Origin: Cladosporium halotolerans
Taxonomy: Eukaryota
NCBI RefSeq assembly: GCF_011745625.1
Contig: NW_027191456.1
Coordinates: forward strand, 1-64,000
Direction of reading: 5' to 3'
Length of the DNA: 64,000 nt
Below are positions 24,994-35,052 of this stretch, in pieces. A model generated the notes under the pieces. It was not told the DNA's origin. It searched no databases and saw only the letters and a list, made by a program, of their open reading frames with translations. Within the stretch, counting starts at the first letter, position 1; each line of letters starts with the position of its first letter. A program made the position numbers and the translations under genes.

Positions 24994-26955
24994 CTACTTT
25001 TCCTTTTCGCCGCTGCTGTCTCTCAGCTCGTCCAGCTGCTCGTCCAGCGACGATTCAATGGTCTCGGCAAAGTCCTTCCTCTGCTGTGCGACAAAATCGA
25101 TGTCCCATTTGTCTTGCGAACCTTCCTTCCCAACGCCACGCTTAGGTTTAGCCCCGCCAGCCTCTGGCTGCCCGTGTCGCCCCTCCACTGGCTTCTGGAG
25201 CTTGGTTGCCTGATCAGGTGATTCCTCTTGGGCTGGCCACATTTCTGGTAGAACCATTCGTTGGGGCGAACTCTCTTCTACTGAATAGGTCGACTTGCCC
25301 GCGCTCCGCACCGGTAGTGACGGGGCCCACAAGTCGACATCGGAATAGAGTAGATCTCCCCTGGGACCTAGTCTTGTGCGGCGGTGCGAGAGGGGAAGTC
25401 CAACTTTTTCAACCTCCGGGAGGTTCGGGGGATCTCTTGGGTGGAGCGCATGAGGGGATTCTGGCCACGCGTCGTCTCTTCTTGAAGGCGTTGGGATCAG
25501 CTTCGTCAAGCTCGGCGAACGTCGGGATTCGCGTTTGGCGGCCATAAGGCTATCTTGGAGTCTGGAGTGCTCGGCCCTGAGAGTGGCGTTACGAAATTGC
25601 CATTTAGAAGCCTCTGACGACAACTTCGAGATTCTGTCGTTCATCGCCCCAATTGCACTCTCTCGCCTGACGTCGGTAGTGGGGTTCACGGAGGGGGTGG
25701 ACTCATCGGACTCGATGAGATTGTCGGAGCGAACGAGTGATAGGAGGTTGATGGCTGGGTTGGGATTCATGACGTTCCAAACTGACACTGGCAGCGAGAA
25801 TATCAGGTAGGAAGAGTTGGAATTGAATGTCGCCACAGGTCTGATCAACTGCGTGACGTCGAGAGGAAATAAATTGACTGCTCCCACATTAGGTGGCGCA
25901 TGGTCTCGGAACCACTCCATCCAAGTCTCCCTGATAGATTGCCCACCGATCTCGATTAGGGAAACGGATATCAGAACCCTACAAGGCGACGAGAGTGTCT
26001 TTCGGTCGGCGTGTGGAATGACTGTTCCTTGCGGTGTGCTAGAGGTGGGCGCGTTGGGATCTGGAAGTGGTGCCAAAACAATGCCCGCTTTGGCCCCGAC
26101 CATGCAGGTGTATATGGGTGCAGGCTTAAGGCTGTGTTTTGACTGATTTTGCAACAGTCTTGCGTGTAAAGAGCTCACTGTGCAGGGCGAAGCATCCAAG
26201 TCTTGCAATTCGTATATAAGGGCCTTGGTAAGCGTATTTTCATTGGACGCTTTGTCGTTCCCGCTGGCAAGCAGCAATTCTCTTCGGCCTCTGTAGCGTT
26301 GGCCAAAATCACGTACAGAGGCAGATGCATAGCAGCAGTCTAGAACGAAAAGTATCTCTGCTTTGGCACCCATGATCATAGCCTGTGACTCAGACCAGTC
26401 GATCTCCGGCGATGTGGGCGGTACTTTGTCTCCGATGGGTTGCGATTTCCACGCTTTCCAGATGGAATGCTGCGACCTTTTGCTGACTTCGCCGTGGCCA
26501 CCGTAGTATATGATCAGGAGCCCGTCTTCGTCCCTTCCATGTTTGTTCCTCGTCTGCACCAACACCTCTTCTAACTCCCACGACGGCTCGCTGCCGGGCG
26601 AAATTTTCTTGTGCGACGGAATCTCATAGTGTCTCGTTGAATACCTGTAGTCTTCCTCGAAGATGTCTTTGAGTTTTGCGATCTCGCGCGCAGTCCCGAG
26701 ATCATCATCCTCCCAGCTAATCATTAAGACATAAACGCTGGAGTATCTTTGCTGTGGCCGAGGAAATGCAATCCTTTCGAGCCCTTCCGCAACTGTTTTG
26801 ACGAATTCGGAGAGGTCCGTTCCATTGGGATACTGTGGTGCGATGGGATGATGCATACAAGGCTGAGCGCATTCGGAGTCTGCGTTCAGCGCTTGGGCAT
26901 TGTCCATGTGTGTCATCGAGTAAGAGCGCGGTCGACGTGTGAGCGGAAAGGACAT
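24994..26955 (-). CDS. Caspase-like (clan CD, C14/CHAT-type fold) protease-domain protein with second globular domain and coiled-coil/disordered C-terminus
   Basis: VLMISWEDDDL, LIIYYGGHG (His ~26494-26496) and LFVLDCCYA (Cys ~26335-26337) match the caspase-hemoglobinase His-Gly / Asp-x-Cys dyad spacing; 653-aa open ORF. Confidence 0.8.
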   Translation of the reverse strand: MSFPLTRRPRSYSMTHMDNAQALNADSECAQPCMHHPIAPQYPNGTDLSEFVKTVAEGLERIAFPRPQQRYSSVYVLMISWEDDDLGTAREIAKLKDIFEEDYRYSTRHYEIPSHKKISPGSEPSWELEEVLVQTRNKHGRDEDGLLIIYYGGHGEVSKRSQHSIWKAWKSQPIGDKVPPTSPEIDWSESQAMIMGAKAEILFVLDCCYASASVRDFGQRYRGRRELLLASGNDKASNENTLTKALIYELQDLDASPCTVSSLHARLLQNQSKHSLKPAPIYTCMVGAKAGIVLAPLPDPNAPTSSTPQGTVIPHADRKTLSSPCRVLISVSLIEIGGQSIRETWMEWFRDHAPPNVGAVNLFPLDVTQLIRPVATFNSNSSYLIFSLPVSVWNVMNPNPAINLLSLVRSDNLIESDESTPSVNPTTDVRRESAIGAMNDRISKLSSEASKWQFRNATLRAEHSRLQDSLMAAKRESRRSPSLTKLIPTPSRRDDAWPESPHALHPRDPPNLPEVEKVGLPLSHRRTRLGPRGDLLYSDVDLWAPSLPVRSAGKSTYSVEESSPQRMVLPEMWPAQEESPDQATKLQKPVEGRHGQPEAGGAKPKRGVGKEGSQDKWDIDFVAQQRKDFAETIESSLDEQLDELRDSSGEKEK

Positions 26956-27244
26956 GATAAGACTCGAGCGAGATGAAGTGTCAATGTTGGGACCATGGAA
27001 TGCCGGGAATGCATATTGTAAGCAGCAGTCCGCGAGTGGAGGTCCCTCTTAAAGATGTGCATCCCGGTCAGGCTGAAATGCATAGTCGAACGCCACCTTA
27101 GCTGAGCCGATTCGCTAGCATATGCTGCAAGCCCAAGTTCGCATGGCCCGCTATGATGCTCAGCCTGATGCTGACTTCAGCACCAAACCCCAGAGGAAAC
27201 CTGAAGTCCAAACATTCTTGACTAGATATTACAGAGCCTCCGCG

Positions 27245-28375
27245 ATGACGAAAGCCGATCTAAATGTGGTCTACGCGAACCTGCTTCGCAATCACCCAGA
27301 AGGTCATGCCTTGTACTTCAAGGTGGCTGCGAGCCAAATGGAGCCCGGCGACTGCGGCTACTTCAGTGAGAACGGCCAATGGAAACAAATTGTGGGAATA
27401 GCGGCTGTGGAGTTCAAGGATCTCGTATCCCAAGGCTGGAAGCCGCCGACTCAGACTTTGAAGACCGAAACTCAGCACGGTATCGAGTGGCCCATCAAAA
27501 TATCCGAGAGTGTAATCGATATCAAAGTATCAGCAAAACTTGGCGCGAGGTGAGTAAGGCTGACCTAGGGTGGCTAAAGCGTAGACTTTGATTTGTATCC
27601 AGCGTTCCAGGTGCTCCGATTTCTGGCGGGTCCACAATGAGCTTTAGCACGAAGAGAGGTGCCGGAGCGATTCTTATCACAGCTGGAGAAGTGACCTCTC
27701 GTCAACTCGAACGCGACCTGCAAGCATAAAAGTGGGTTACCGAACCACAAAACATGAAAAAACTGCTTGGTGAATGGGAAGAGATCTCCGAGCAAAAGCG
27801 GACCTTGTGGGTAATCACTGGAACTTACGCTGCTCAAAGTTGCGCATTGTCTGTTCTCCACTCCCCAGAGTCATCCGCAAGTATTGGGATGGATGTTCAT
27901 GTGGCGGATATTGCGAAGGCTACTCCGTCCTTGGAATGGTGGAAGCAAGACTCGGACAAGACCTGGATCATAATGACGTGAGCATTTGATCAGCTTGAGA
28001 TCCCGAACGGCATTGACATTCATTTCAAGGACTCCGGCGTAGTGCTGTTCATGAGCGGCATCGCCTTCAACCTCAGCTTTCTCCGGAGAAGCGAGGTAAA
28101 GCAATCTTGTGAAGTTTCATGAGCAAAGCTGCTGATTCCATGCCCAGCTTCGTGCCGAGTACAAGCGGCGCAAACAGCATCTGTATCGCGATTCGGCGAC
28201 GAGCAATCTACAGTACCCGATGGAAGACGATGTCGCAACGGGAGATCCCATGGTCGCAATTGTTGTGCCCGAGTACTTCGGACAGGAGAGCAAGGAGCTC
28301 GAGAATGAGCTCGAACATGCTTTCGTTGAGAGTCAGTCGGGTAGTGATGCCTCTGATGAAGGAGAAGACGATTGA
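27245..28375 (+). pseudogene. Gasdermin-like pore-forming protein, 4 exons, disrupted allele
   Basis: Splice model with introns ~27550-27603, 27978-28029, 28096-28147: YANLLRNHPEGHALY...PGDCGYFSENGQW; amphipathic beta-hairpin-like segments; LWVITGTYAA; GVVLFMSG; acidic tail ending ...DASDEGEDD (TGA 28373-28375). In-frame TAA at 27727-27729 and apparent -1 frameshift near 27966. Family assignment is by pattern recognition. Confidence 0.6.
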
Positions 28376-29037
28376 AGATCTTTTTTCGATGGGGCAGGCC
28401 GGACAAAACATTGTTGTCTTCATGAGTCTCTTCATTTCTGGGATTCAACAGACTGCTCAGCGTGCGGAGTCAGTTCCAATGATGATGACATAAGCTGACT
28501 TGACCACATGTTCAGATGAGGAAAGGCTAGAGATGGACAAAGTGTCATGTCGTAAATGTATCTTCATGTACAGCGCGCAATTCGATTTTCGGAAGGCACG
28601 CAAACTTGATGCCTAAGGCAGCATCGCGCCGGATCCTTCAAATACGGAGGGTATATCCTTGAGCAGGAGAGGAATGAGGAAATACTCTATTTCAACCAGT
28701 CGCAAAATTGAACGTAAAGAGACTTTAAATGACGCTTGCGACGCAGTCGTGGCAGTACAACGCGGCGAGCCCACCTTCCCAAGCTCATTCCACTGCAGCG
28801 ACTCACCAATCCATCGGCCAGAGTGGCATTTCATCAAGTACACAAGACCAAGCCGAGCGTATATTGGGGGTAAGATGGAATGCCTTCATTGCATAGGACT
28901 TCCGATCAATCCTTCGGAGATAGATTCACATTGCCTGGCAAATTGTACGATGTCGCTGAACGCTCAAAAACTCGCTGTCGAAATCACTCAAAAATCCATC
29001 TCGAAGCAGATAACCCACAAAAAGCAGATCCATATCT

Positions 29038-29715
29038 TCACGCTCCAGGTTTGGCTGGACCTCTGACTTCCAACTTCCTGGGCTTTTTCTTTGGCTTTTG
29101 CGCCTTCCCTCCAGCCACAGCCTGTTGCTCAGCTTTCTCCGCCCTCTCCCTCGCCTTTTTCAACCCCTCTGCATCCACGGTGTTGACCTTACCAGTCTTC
29201 TGGTCTACTACCACACTTCCATTTTCTATCGCTTCCGTTGGTATCTTTGTCTCCTTTCCCTTGCTATCCTTTTTCATCAGCTTTATCCACGGCCCATGAA
29301 TCACTCCCGTTCCCGCGCCCACCAGCCCGCCCAGCAGGACAGTCGGCACAGTCGCCACGCCACCCACCACCGTGCCAACAACCGTGCCCAAGCCCATGCC
29401 CACGGCGCCACCGATGCCTGCACCTCCGGCGGCACCTTGGAATGTGCCCGATGACAGCAGCCGCGCCCGTCGGCTGTTCCCATGCGCCTCGAGCTCCTTA
29501 TTGTACGCTTCTTGAAGCATTCTGCTGCGCTCAGCGGGGTTTGTGAGAAGACTGGCTTTGGAGCGAAGCGACTCTGCCATCGAGTTGGCAGAAGCGGCGG
29601 CTTGGGACGCAGAAGCTGCGGCTTTGAGGCGGTCGTCTTCGGGCATTTTGGAGAGGGCCTCCGCGCTTAATTCGTTTGATGGATCGGCGGCGGAGGCGGC
29701 GCTGAAGAGGTCCAT
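29038..29715 (-). CDS. Hypothetical protein with glycine-zipper membrane segment
   Basis: Helical Ala/Glu-rich N-terminus, GAAGGAGIGGAVGMGLGTVVGTVVGGVATVPTVLLGGLVGAGTG, basic C-terminus (KKKPRKLEVR); start uncertain. Confidence 0.75.
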   Translation of the reverse strand: MDLFSAASAADPSNELSAEALSKMPEDDRLKAAASASQAAASANSMAESLRSKASLLTNPAERSRMLQEAYNKELEAHGNSRRARLLSSGTFQGAAGGAGIGGAVGMGLGTVVGTVVGGVATVPTVLLGGLVGAGTGVIHGPWIKLMKKDSKGKETKIPTEAIENGSVVVDQKTGKVNTVDAEGLKKARERAEKAEQQAVAGGKAQKPKKKPRKLEVRGPAKPGA

Positions 29716-30285
29716 TTGCTTGGGGCTGCGAGTGTGGGGTGCGTTTGGCGGTGGTGGTACCGGAGCTGGATACCTGCAGGTTGCGTGGTGGCGTTGTTCT
29801 TGCACAGATGGACTTGTAATTAAGTGGTGAAATGTAATATATTAGACCAGATGCTACGTAGATCGGCTAGAGAAGACTAGATAAAAGAAAGAGAAGTGAC
29901 GACTAAGGTGGCCCCAAGATCTCCGCAGGCATCGTCGTAGTGGTTTTGGGGCCAGGCCTCATGCCGTGCCATGTGGGATGACGTTGGTTGCGTCAGGGTC
30001 TTGGGTTGGAGAGAGTTTGACCCGCAAACGTGCGTCCAAGCCGGTTCTTCACGCGCTCATCCTTCTGCGGTTATAACTACCTTACCTAACGTTATTCTCC
30101 ATCGCTGCCTTGGGAGTCTTGCGCGCCTTGCATGTATTCAGAAGATGTGGAGAAATCTGCAGAATACTCTCGTGTTTCGAATCAGCTTTCCACGCATGCC
30201 AATAGACTTACACATAATTATCAGCATACAACGAAGTCTCCTCTATATTTCCATTGCGCTTCGGATTGATCTCGCATCAGCAGCT

Positions 30286-31030
30286 CTAGGTGCAATCGAC
30301 ATTATCAAGCTCAGGTCGTAGCTCGTTTTTGACGTCAGCGTCTGCCCAGCATATCCCCACAGCATTTCTCACCAGCTGCACCATTTCGATTTTGGAGAAA
30401 CCGCAATACCTATACACCTTCTCCATGTTGGCGTCGATCCACAATCATGCATATAAACCGGATCGTCGCTGTTAACGCATACTTTGACGCCCTCGTCGAT
30501 CAGCTGTCGCAGCTTAGGAAATAACAACTCGGTCGGCGTTCGTTGATGGTACGCGTGTAGGCACAATTCCAAGCCAACTCCTTCTTGCACAAAGCCAAAG
30601 ATCAACTCACCGCGATTAAGTGCATCGAGCCCATGATCTATGCGCTCAATGCAGACGTCGTAGACTGCTTGCCGGATATGCTCATGCGTATCCTTCTGTC
30701 CGAAATCGCAGTACGTGGTAATATGTAAGCCGTCATCCCTTGCTTGTCTGAAAGCAGCCTGGAAAGATTGGGTGGTCGTTCATAACCATTGCTTGCCAGG
30801 CCGCCGGCGTGAAACAGCCCGTGATCACTTTTGCCCCAAGGTGAGGCCGTGTGGTAAGCTGCCTCGCCATTTTCTACAGGCTCATCACGAAGAAAGCAGA
30901 AGATCCGATTCGAGAGCATTCCATACTGAGACTCCCCGTGCTGTTGTGCTCTGAGATAAACGTTCAAAACCACCTCGGCTGGTATGGCTCGTCTAGAGTG
31001 GGCTTGGATGTCAAAGAATCGCACGACGTA
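30286..31030 (-). pseudogene. Adenine/adenosine deaminase pseudogene (5'-truncated, frameshifted)
   Basis: Pieces in different frames: RFFDIQAHSRR, CFLRD, GLASNGYERPP, ERIDHG, LELCLHAY, VCVNSDDPVYM, LVRNAVGICWAD; N-terminal HxH metal-binding part absent. Confidence 0.85.
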
Positions 31031-31094
31031 GCGGACAGCAAGGAGTCATCTCATCTGACCATACCTCGCCTTCCTTACCTTATCTTCAGATAGA

Positions 31095-32501
31095 TCTTTG
31101 GGCAGAATAGCGCGACAGCAGATGATCAAGGGATCACGTTTGCGAATACCACTGCACTGACGGATCACAGAACTTGAAAGGACTACAGTACAGCTGGGTT
31201 CCCAGCGTATTCTACTTTGGGTACCTATTATGGGAATATCCCACGACCATTCTCATCACTCGCCTTCCTACAGCAAAGTACCTCACCGTCAACACGTTAT
31301 TCTGGGGCATTGTCGTATCCATGACAGCTGCTTGCACAAACTTTGGCGGTTTGATGACAGTACACTTCCTGCTCGGCGTCGCAGAAGCTACACTACACCT
31401 GGGTTTATGTTCATCACGTCAACATGGGACACCCGTGATGAAACACCGTCCCGCGTGGGCATTTGGCTTGCAGGGAACTCTATCGGCGGACTACTCTCTA
31501 GTCTGTTTGTCTTTGGAGTAGGCCACATTGACGATCATGTTGGACCTTGGCGATGGATATACATCATCCTTGGCATCATCACCTTCCTCTGGGCCATACC
31601 GATGTACTTCTTCCTGCCTGACGAGATCTCGAAGGCTGAGTTCTTAAACCCCGAAGAGCGATGGATCGCTGCGGATCGTGTTGTTATTGCTGGTACGGGC
31701 AGCACGGAGCACTCTAGCTGGGACGTCAAGCAAGTCAAAGAATGCTTGAGCGATCCAAAGACTTGGCTGATCTTCTCAATGGAGCCACTCGCACAGATGC
31801 CGAACGGAGGCACACAAAGCTTCAGCAACATTGTCATCCAAACATTCGGCTTCACCAACCTGCAGTCCACTCTCATCAACATCCCTTACTCGGTCTTAAC
31901 GGCCAGCATAATCGCCGGCACTGGATGGCTGAGCGGAGGCTACCATAGACTCAATTGCATCCTCATCATCTGCGTAATCATCCCCTGAATCACCTGCGCA
32001 GCCATCATCAACCAAAGAGATCGCTTCCCACACGGTGTCAAGCTCTTCGCCTACTTCTTGCTCTCCTAAGGTCCAGCAGCCATGCCTCTCAACATGTCCC
32101 TCGTGCAGTCCAACTACCGAGGCGTGACCGAGCGCATGACCATCACGGCCATGCTTTTCGTCGCCTACTGCACTGGTAACATTGCGGGCCCGCATTTCTT
32201 CCGGTGCGGAGAAGCTCCGCACTACTCGACCGCTTTATCTACCATCATGATCTGCTACGCTTTGATGGTAGTGCTAGCGCTGACTCTACGGTTCTACCTG
32301 CAATGGTTCAATGCTAAACGTTCCAGAGAGGAGGGCATCGAGGGTAGTGCTCGACTAGGCGGGATGGTGCCGGATGGAAAGCTTCCAGAGACGGTCGAAA
32401 AGAACGATGTAGCGGCGACCGTGGCTGACGCGCAACTGGCAGCGTTGGATTATGCGGATTTCACGGATTGGGAAGTGGTTGGATTCCGATATCGCATGTA
32501 G
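31095..32501 (+). pseudogene. MFS allantoate permease (Dal5/ACS family) pseudogene
   Basis: QYSWVPSVFYFGYLLWEYP, LGVAEA, WRWIYIILG, DPKTW, PNGG, GNIAGP, DFTDWEVVGFRY; frameshift near 31390, in-frame stops TGA 31986-31988 and TAA 32067-32069; N-terminus missing. Confidence 0.88.
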
Positions 32502-32605
32502 ACGACTGCGATGGCCACGAACGTATGAGGACCTTAGTTGTATTAACGACATGAGCTCTTTCCATTCACAATATGCCAAACGACATTTCTTCATCTGGTC
32601 GTCTC

Positions 32606-33532
32606 TCACGGCACGAAGACAATCCTCGCATCCTTATCAACCGTCCGATCCCACGCTTCTTCCACCTCCTCCAGAGAAAATTCCACAATCTTCTGCTTCT
32701 CCACGTTAACAAGCGCCCCCAACAAAGCCGGCACCTCCTTCACCATCTCCGCCTGATTGAAAGCTCCTAGTCCCGAGCCTCGGATAGTCAGGTTCGTCGA
32801 CCTCAGCACTGAGTTGGGAAGAATCATCTCCTGCCCGGATAGAGTGCCGATCTGCACGTACTGCAGTGGCCGCTGCTGCTTGTGTGTGCTCAGAAGGGCA
32901 GTTGGAAGAGAGCCGTTGATGTAGTCTAGGATGACGTCGATTTCGACACCTTGCAAGGGCGAGAAGTCGGTCTTGCTAGGATCCTCGGCCACGTGCAGCT
33001 TGATGTTCAAGGGCAGGCTGTCCAGTGCTGAAGCATTACGAGCAGCGCCGAAGACTTGCTTGGCTCCCAGAGTCCGAGCCAGAGACGCGGCGAGACGGCC
33101 TGATGCGGAAGTCGCACCCAAGATGAGTACACTGAAGTTTTCCGGTAGGTCCTTGGTTCGAGCCGTTATCGCCATCCAGGAGCTTATGGCTGGGTTGACG
33201 AGGGCGGCGGTTTGGATGGCATTCAAATTCTTCGGCATGGGAAAGGCTCCGCTGCGTTCGACATTGACCTTTTCGGCGAAACTGCCTCCTCGTTTGAAGA
33301 CCGAGAAGTAGTAGCAGGTTCCATCTTCGGCGACGCCGACGCCATCGGTACCTGGAATCTGTGGGAGAGGTGGGCTGGAATAGTGAGCGCCGCGAGCTCG
33401 AGACCGCACAAGGTTGTGCAAGCCTGTAGCTAGGACTTTGAGCTGGATCTGAGATGAGGTTGGCTGCGGGAGATCGTCGACAGTCGCGTAGGCTGGTGGC
33501 TTGCTGTAGTCGGTGATCAGTGCCGTGTGCAT
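32606..33532 (-). CDS. MDR-family quinone oxidoreductase-like protein
   Basis: 308-aa intact ORF; RARGAHYS, PGTDGVG, NPAISSWMA, ILGATSASG, DVILDY, TIRGSGLG. Confidence 0.88.
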   Translation of the reverse strand: MHTALITDYSKPPAYATVDDLPQPTSSQIQLKVLATGLHNLVRSRARGAHYSSPPLPQIPGTDGVGVAEDGTCYYFSVFKRGGSFAEKVNVERSGAFPMPKNLNAIQTAALVNPAISSWMAITARTKDLPENFSVLILGATSASGRLAASLARTLGAKQVFGAARNASALDSLPLNIKLHVAEDPSKTDFSPLQGVEIDVILDYINGSLPTALLSTHKQQRPLQYVQIGTLSGQEMILPNSVLRSTNLTIRGSGLGAFNQAEMVKEVPALLGALVNVEKQKIVEFSLEEVEEAWDRTVDKDARIVFVP

Positions 33533-35052
33533 GTCGGTTCTGCGTTCGATCGATCAAAGATATGTTATAGAGCTTTTGGGTCCACCTAGCGCGTCCAAAG
33601 AGAGCCCTCAAATGATGATCACGACAGAAGTACTGAGACAGGCGGTGATAATTGTCTTTGAAGCGGACCTCAGCCGGCTTATATACCTTGCGTTGCAGGA
33701 AAGATACATCCTACCGTCAGTGCAGAAGTATCCTTTCCAAGGCAGCTCGGATTACGGATCCTGCATTCCGCTCCGTACCAGCATATCGTTCACTTACAAG
33801 GTATGATCTGATTAAGGTTGGTTGAGTGATCAGGCAGCATGTCAGCTTGCGAGTCGGGATTCGCGCAAGCCACGTCCGAATGCCGACGTTGAGTAGTCAG
33901 CCGCAAACGAATCCATTCGTGATGCTCGCATTCCGAGACCCGTCTGTAATATGATTACGCATCTCAGAACCTCAGACCCTTCTTGAGATTCATCGTCGCA
34001 CACATGTTGCCATGTCCACAGGCATCGTGTGCCATGGACTAGCCATTTAGGTACGAGTCTGATCCCAAGTAGACCGCTTCAAAGTTTCTCATGTCAATAA
34101 TGTCCGTGAGCATCTGGCGGCATAACTCTAAGGAGGAACCCATGGTGGACAGTCGTGAAGGAAGCTTGCAACCCATGAACGCTTGAGAAAGCAGATCGGG
34201 AAAACGTCATCATCTGCAGCATAAGGCTGACGAAAGACAGCGGCGAAATTGTATTTGCAAGTCCGGCCTGGCAAAACTCATGTGGACACGGAGTTCTAGA
34301 ATGACACCGAGCCGTTACCCCGGTCTAGGGCGCAGAAATAAGGAAGCGTATCCGCCGCAACCGTAACGGATGAGAACTGAAAGGTGTGGCAACACGGCTC
34401 GAAGCACGTGGGATGAACAGAGGGCTGGGAGCAGGCCAGGTGTGTGGCAGACGGAGGAATATCTGGTTGGTGGACATTCAAATAAGCGTCGGTGGGCAAA
34501 CTCCGGGCAAGGGCACAAGCTTGTCTAAGCCAAGCCATCAGATGCCGGCTACCGCTGCCGGGTCGCTTGCATGTCTTGTTGTTGAGGCGAAAAGGCTTGT
34601 CTTCACATGTCGCAGGCCTTGCAGGCGTCCTGGTATAAGGCTAGTGAGATTCGTTTTGCATTATTTGGTATTGTATACAACCTGGGACCCAAAGAATTGA
34701 TATGTTCAAGGGCGCAACAGGTTGTACAAACAGTGAAAGCCTCAGGGAGTCAAGCGACTCGTCTCAACGGGGCTCCGCAAAGATCACCCGCAACGTCTCC
34801 ACTGGCCTTCCGCATCTCCACGCTTTGTCCCACAAACCCCACAGGACGCCGACAAGCGACTCGCCCCATGTGGAGACGCGCTACTTCGTGCAACCAATGT
34901 AAGGAGCACGGCAAAACGATATTTGTTCCGGGGCCGAAGATAGAGGATGTCGGCGTCTGAAATGCCCAACCTCATATATACGACTCCTTTGGTGCCCCGG
35001 GGTGCTCTTTCGTCTCCCTCACCCTCTCCAAACACCACTCGGGGACGCCATC

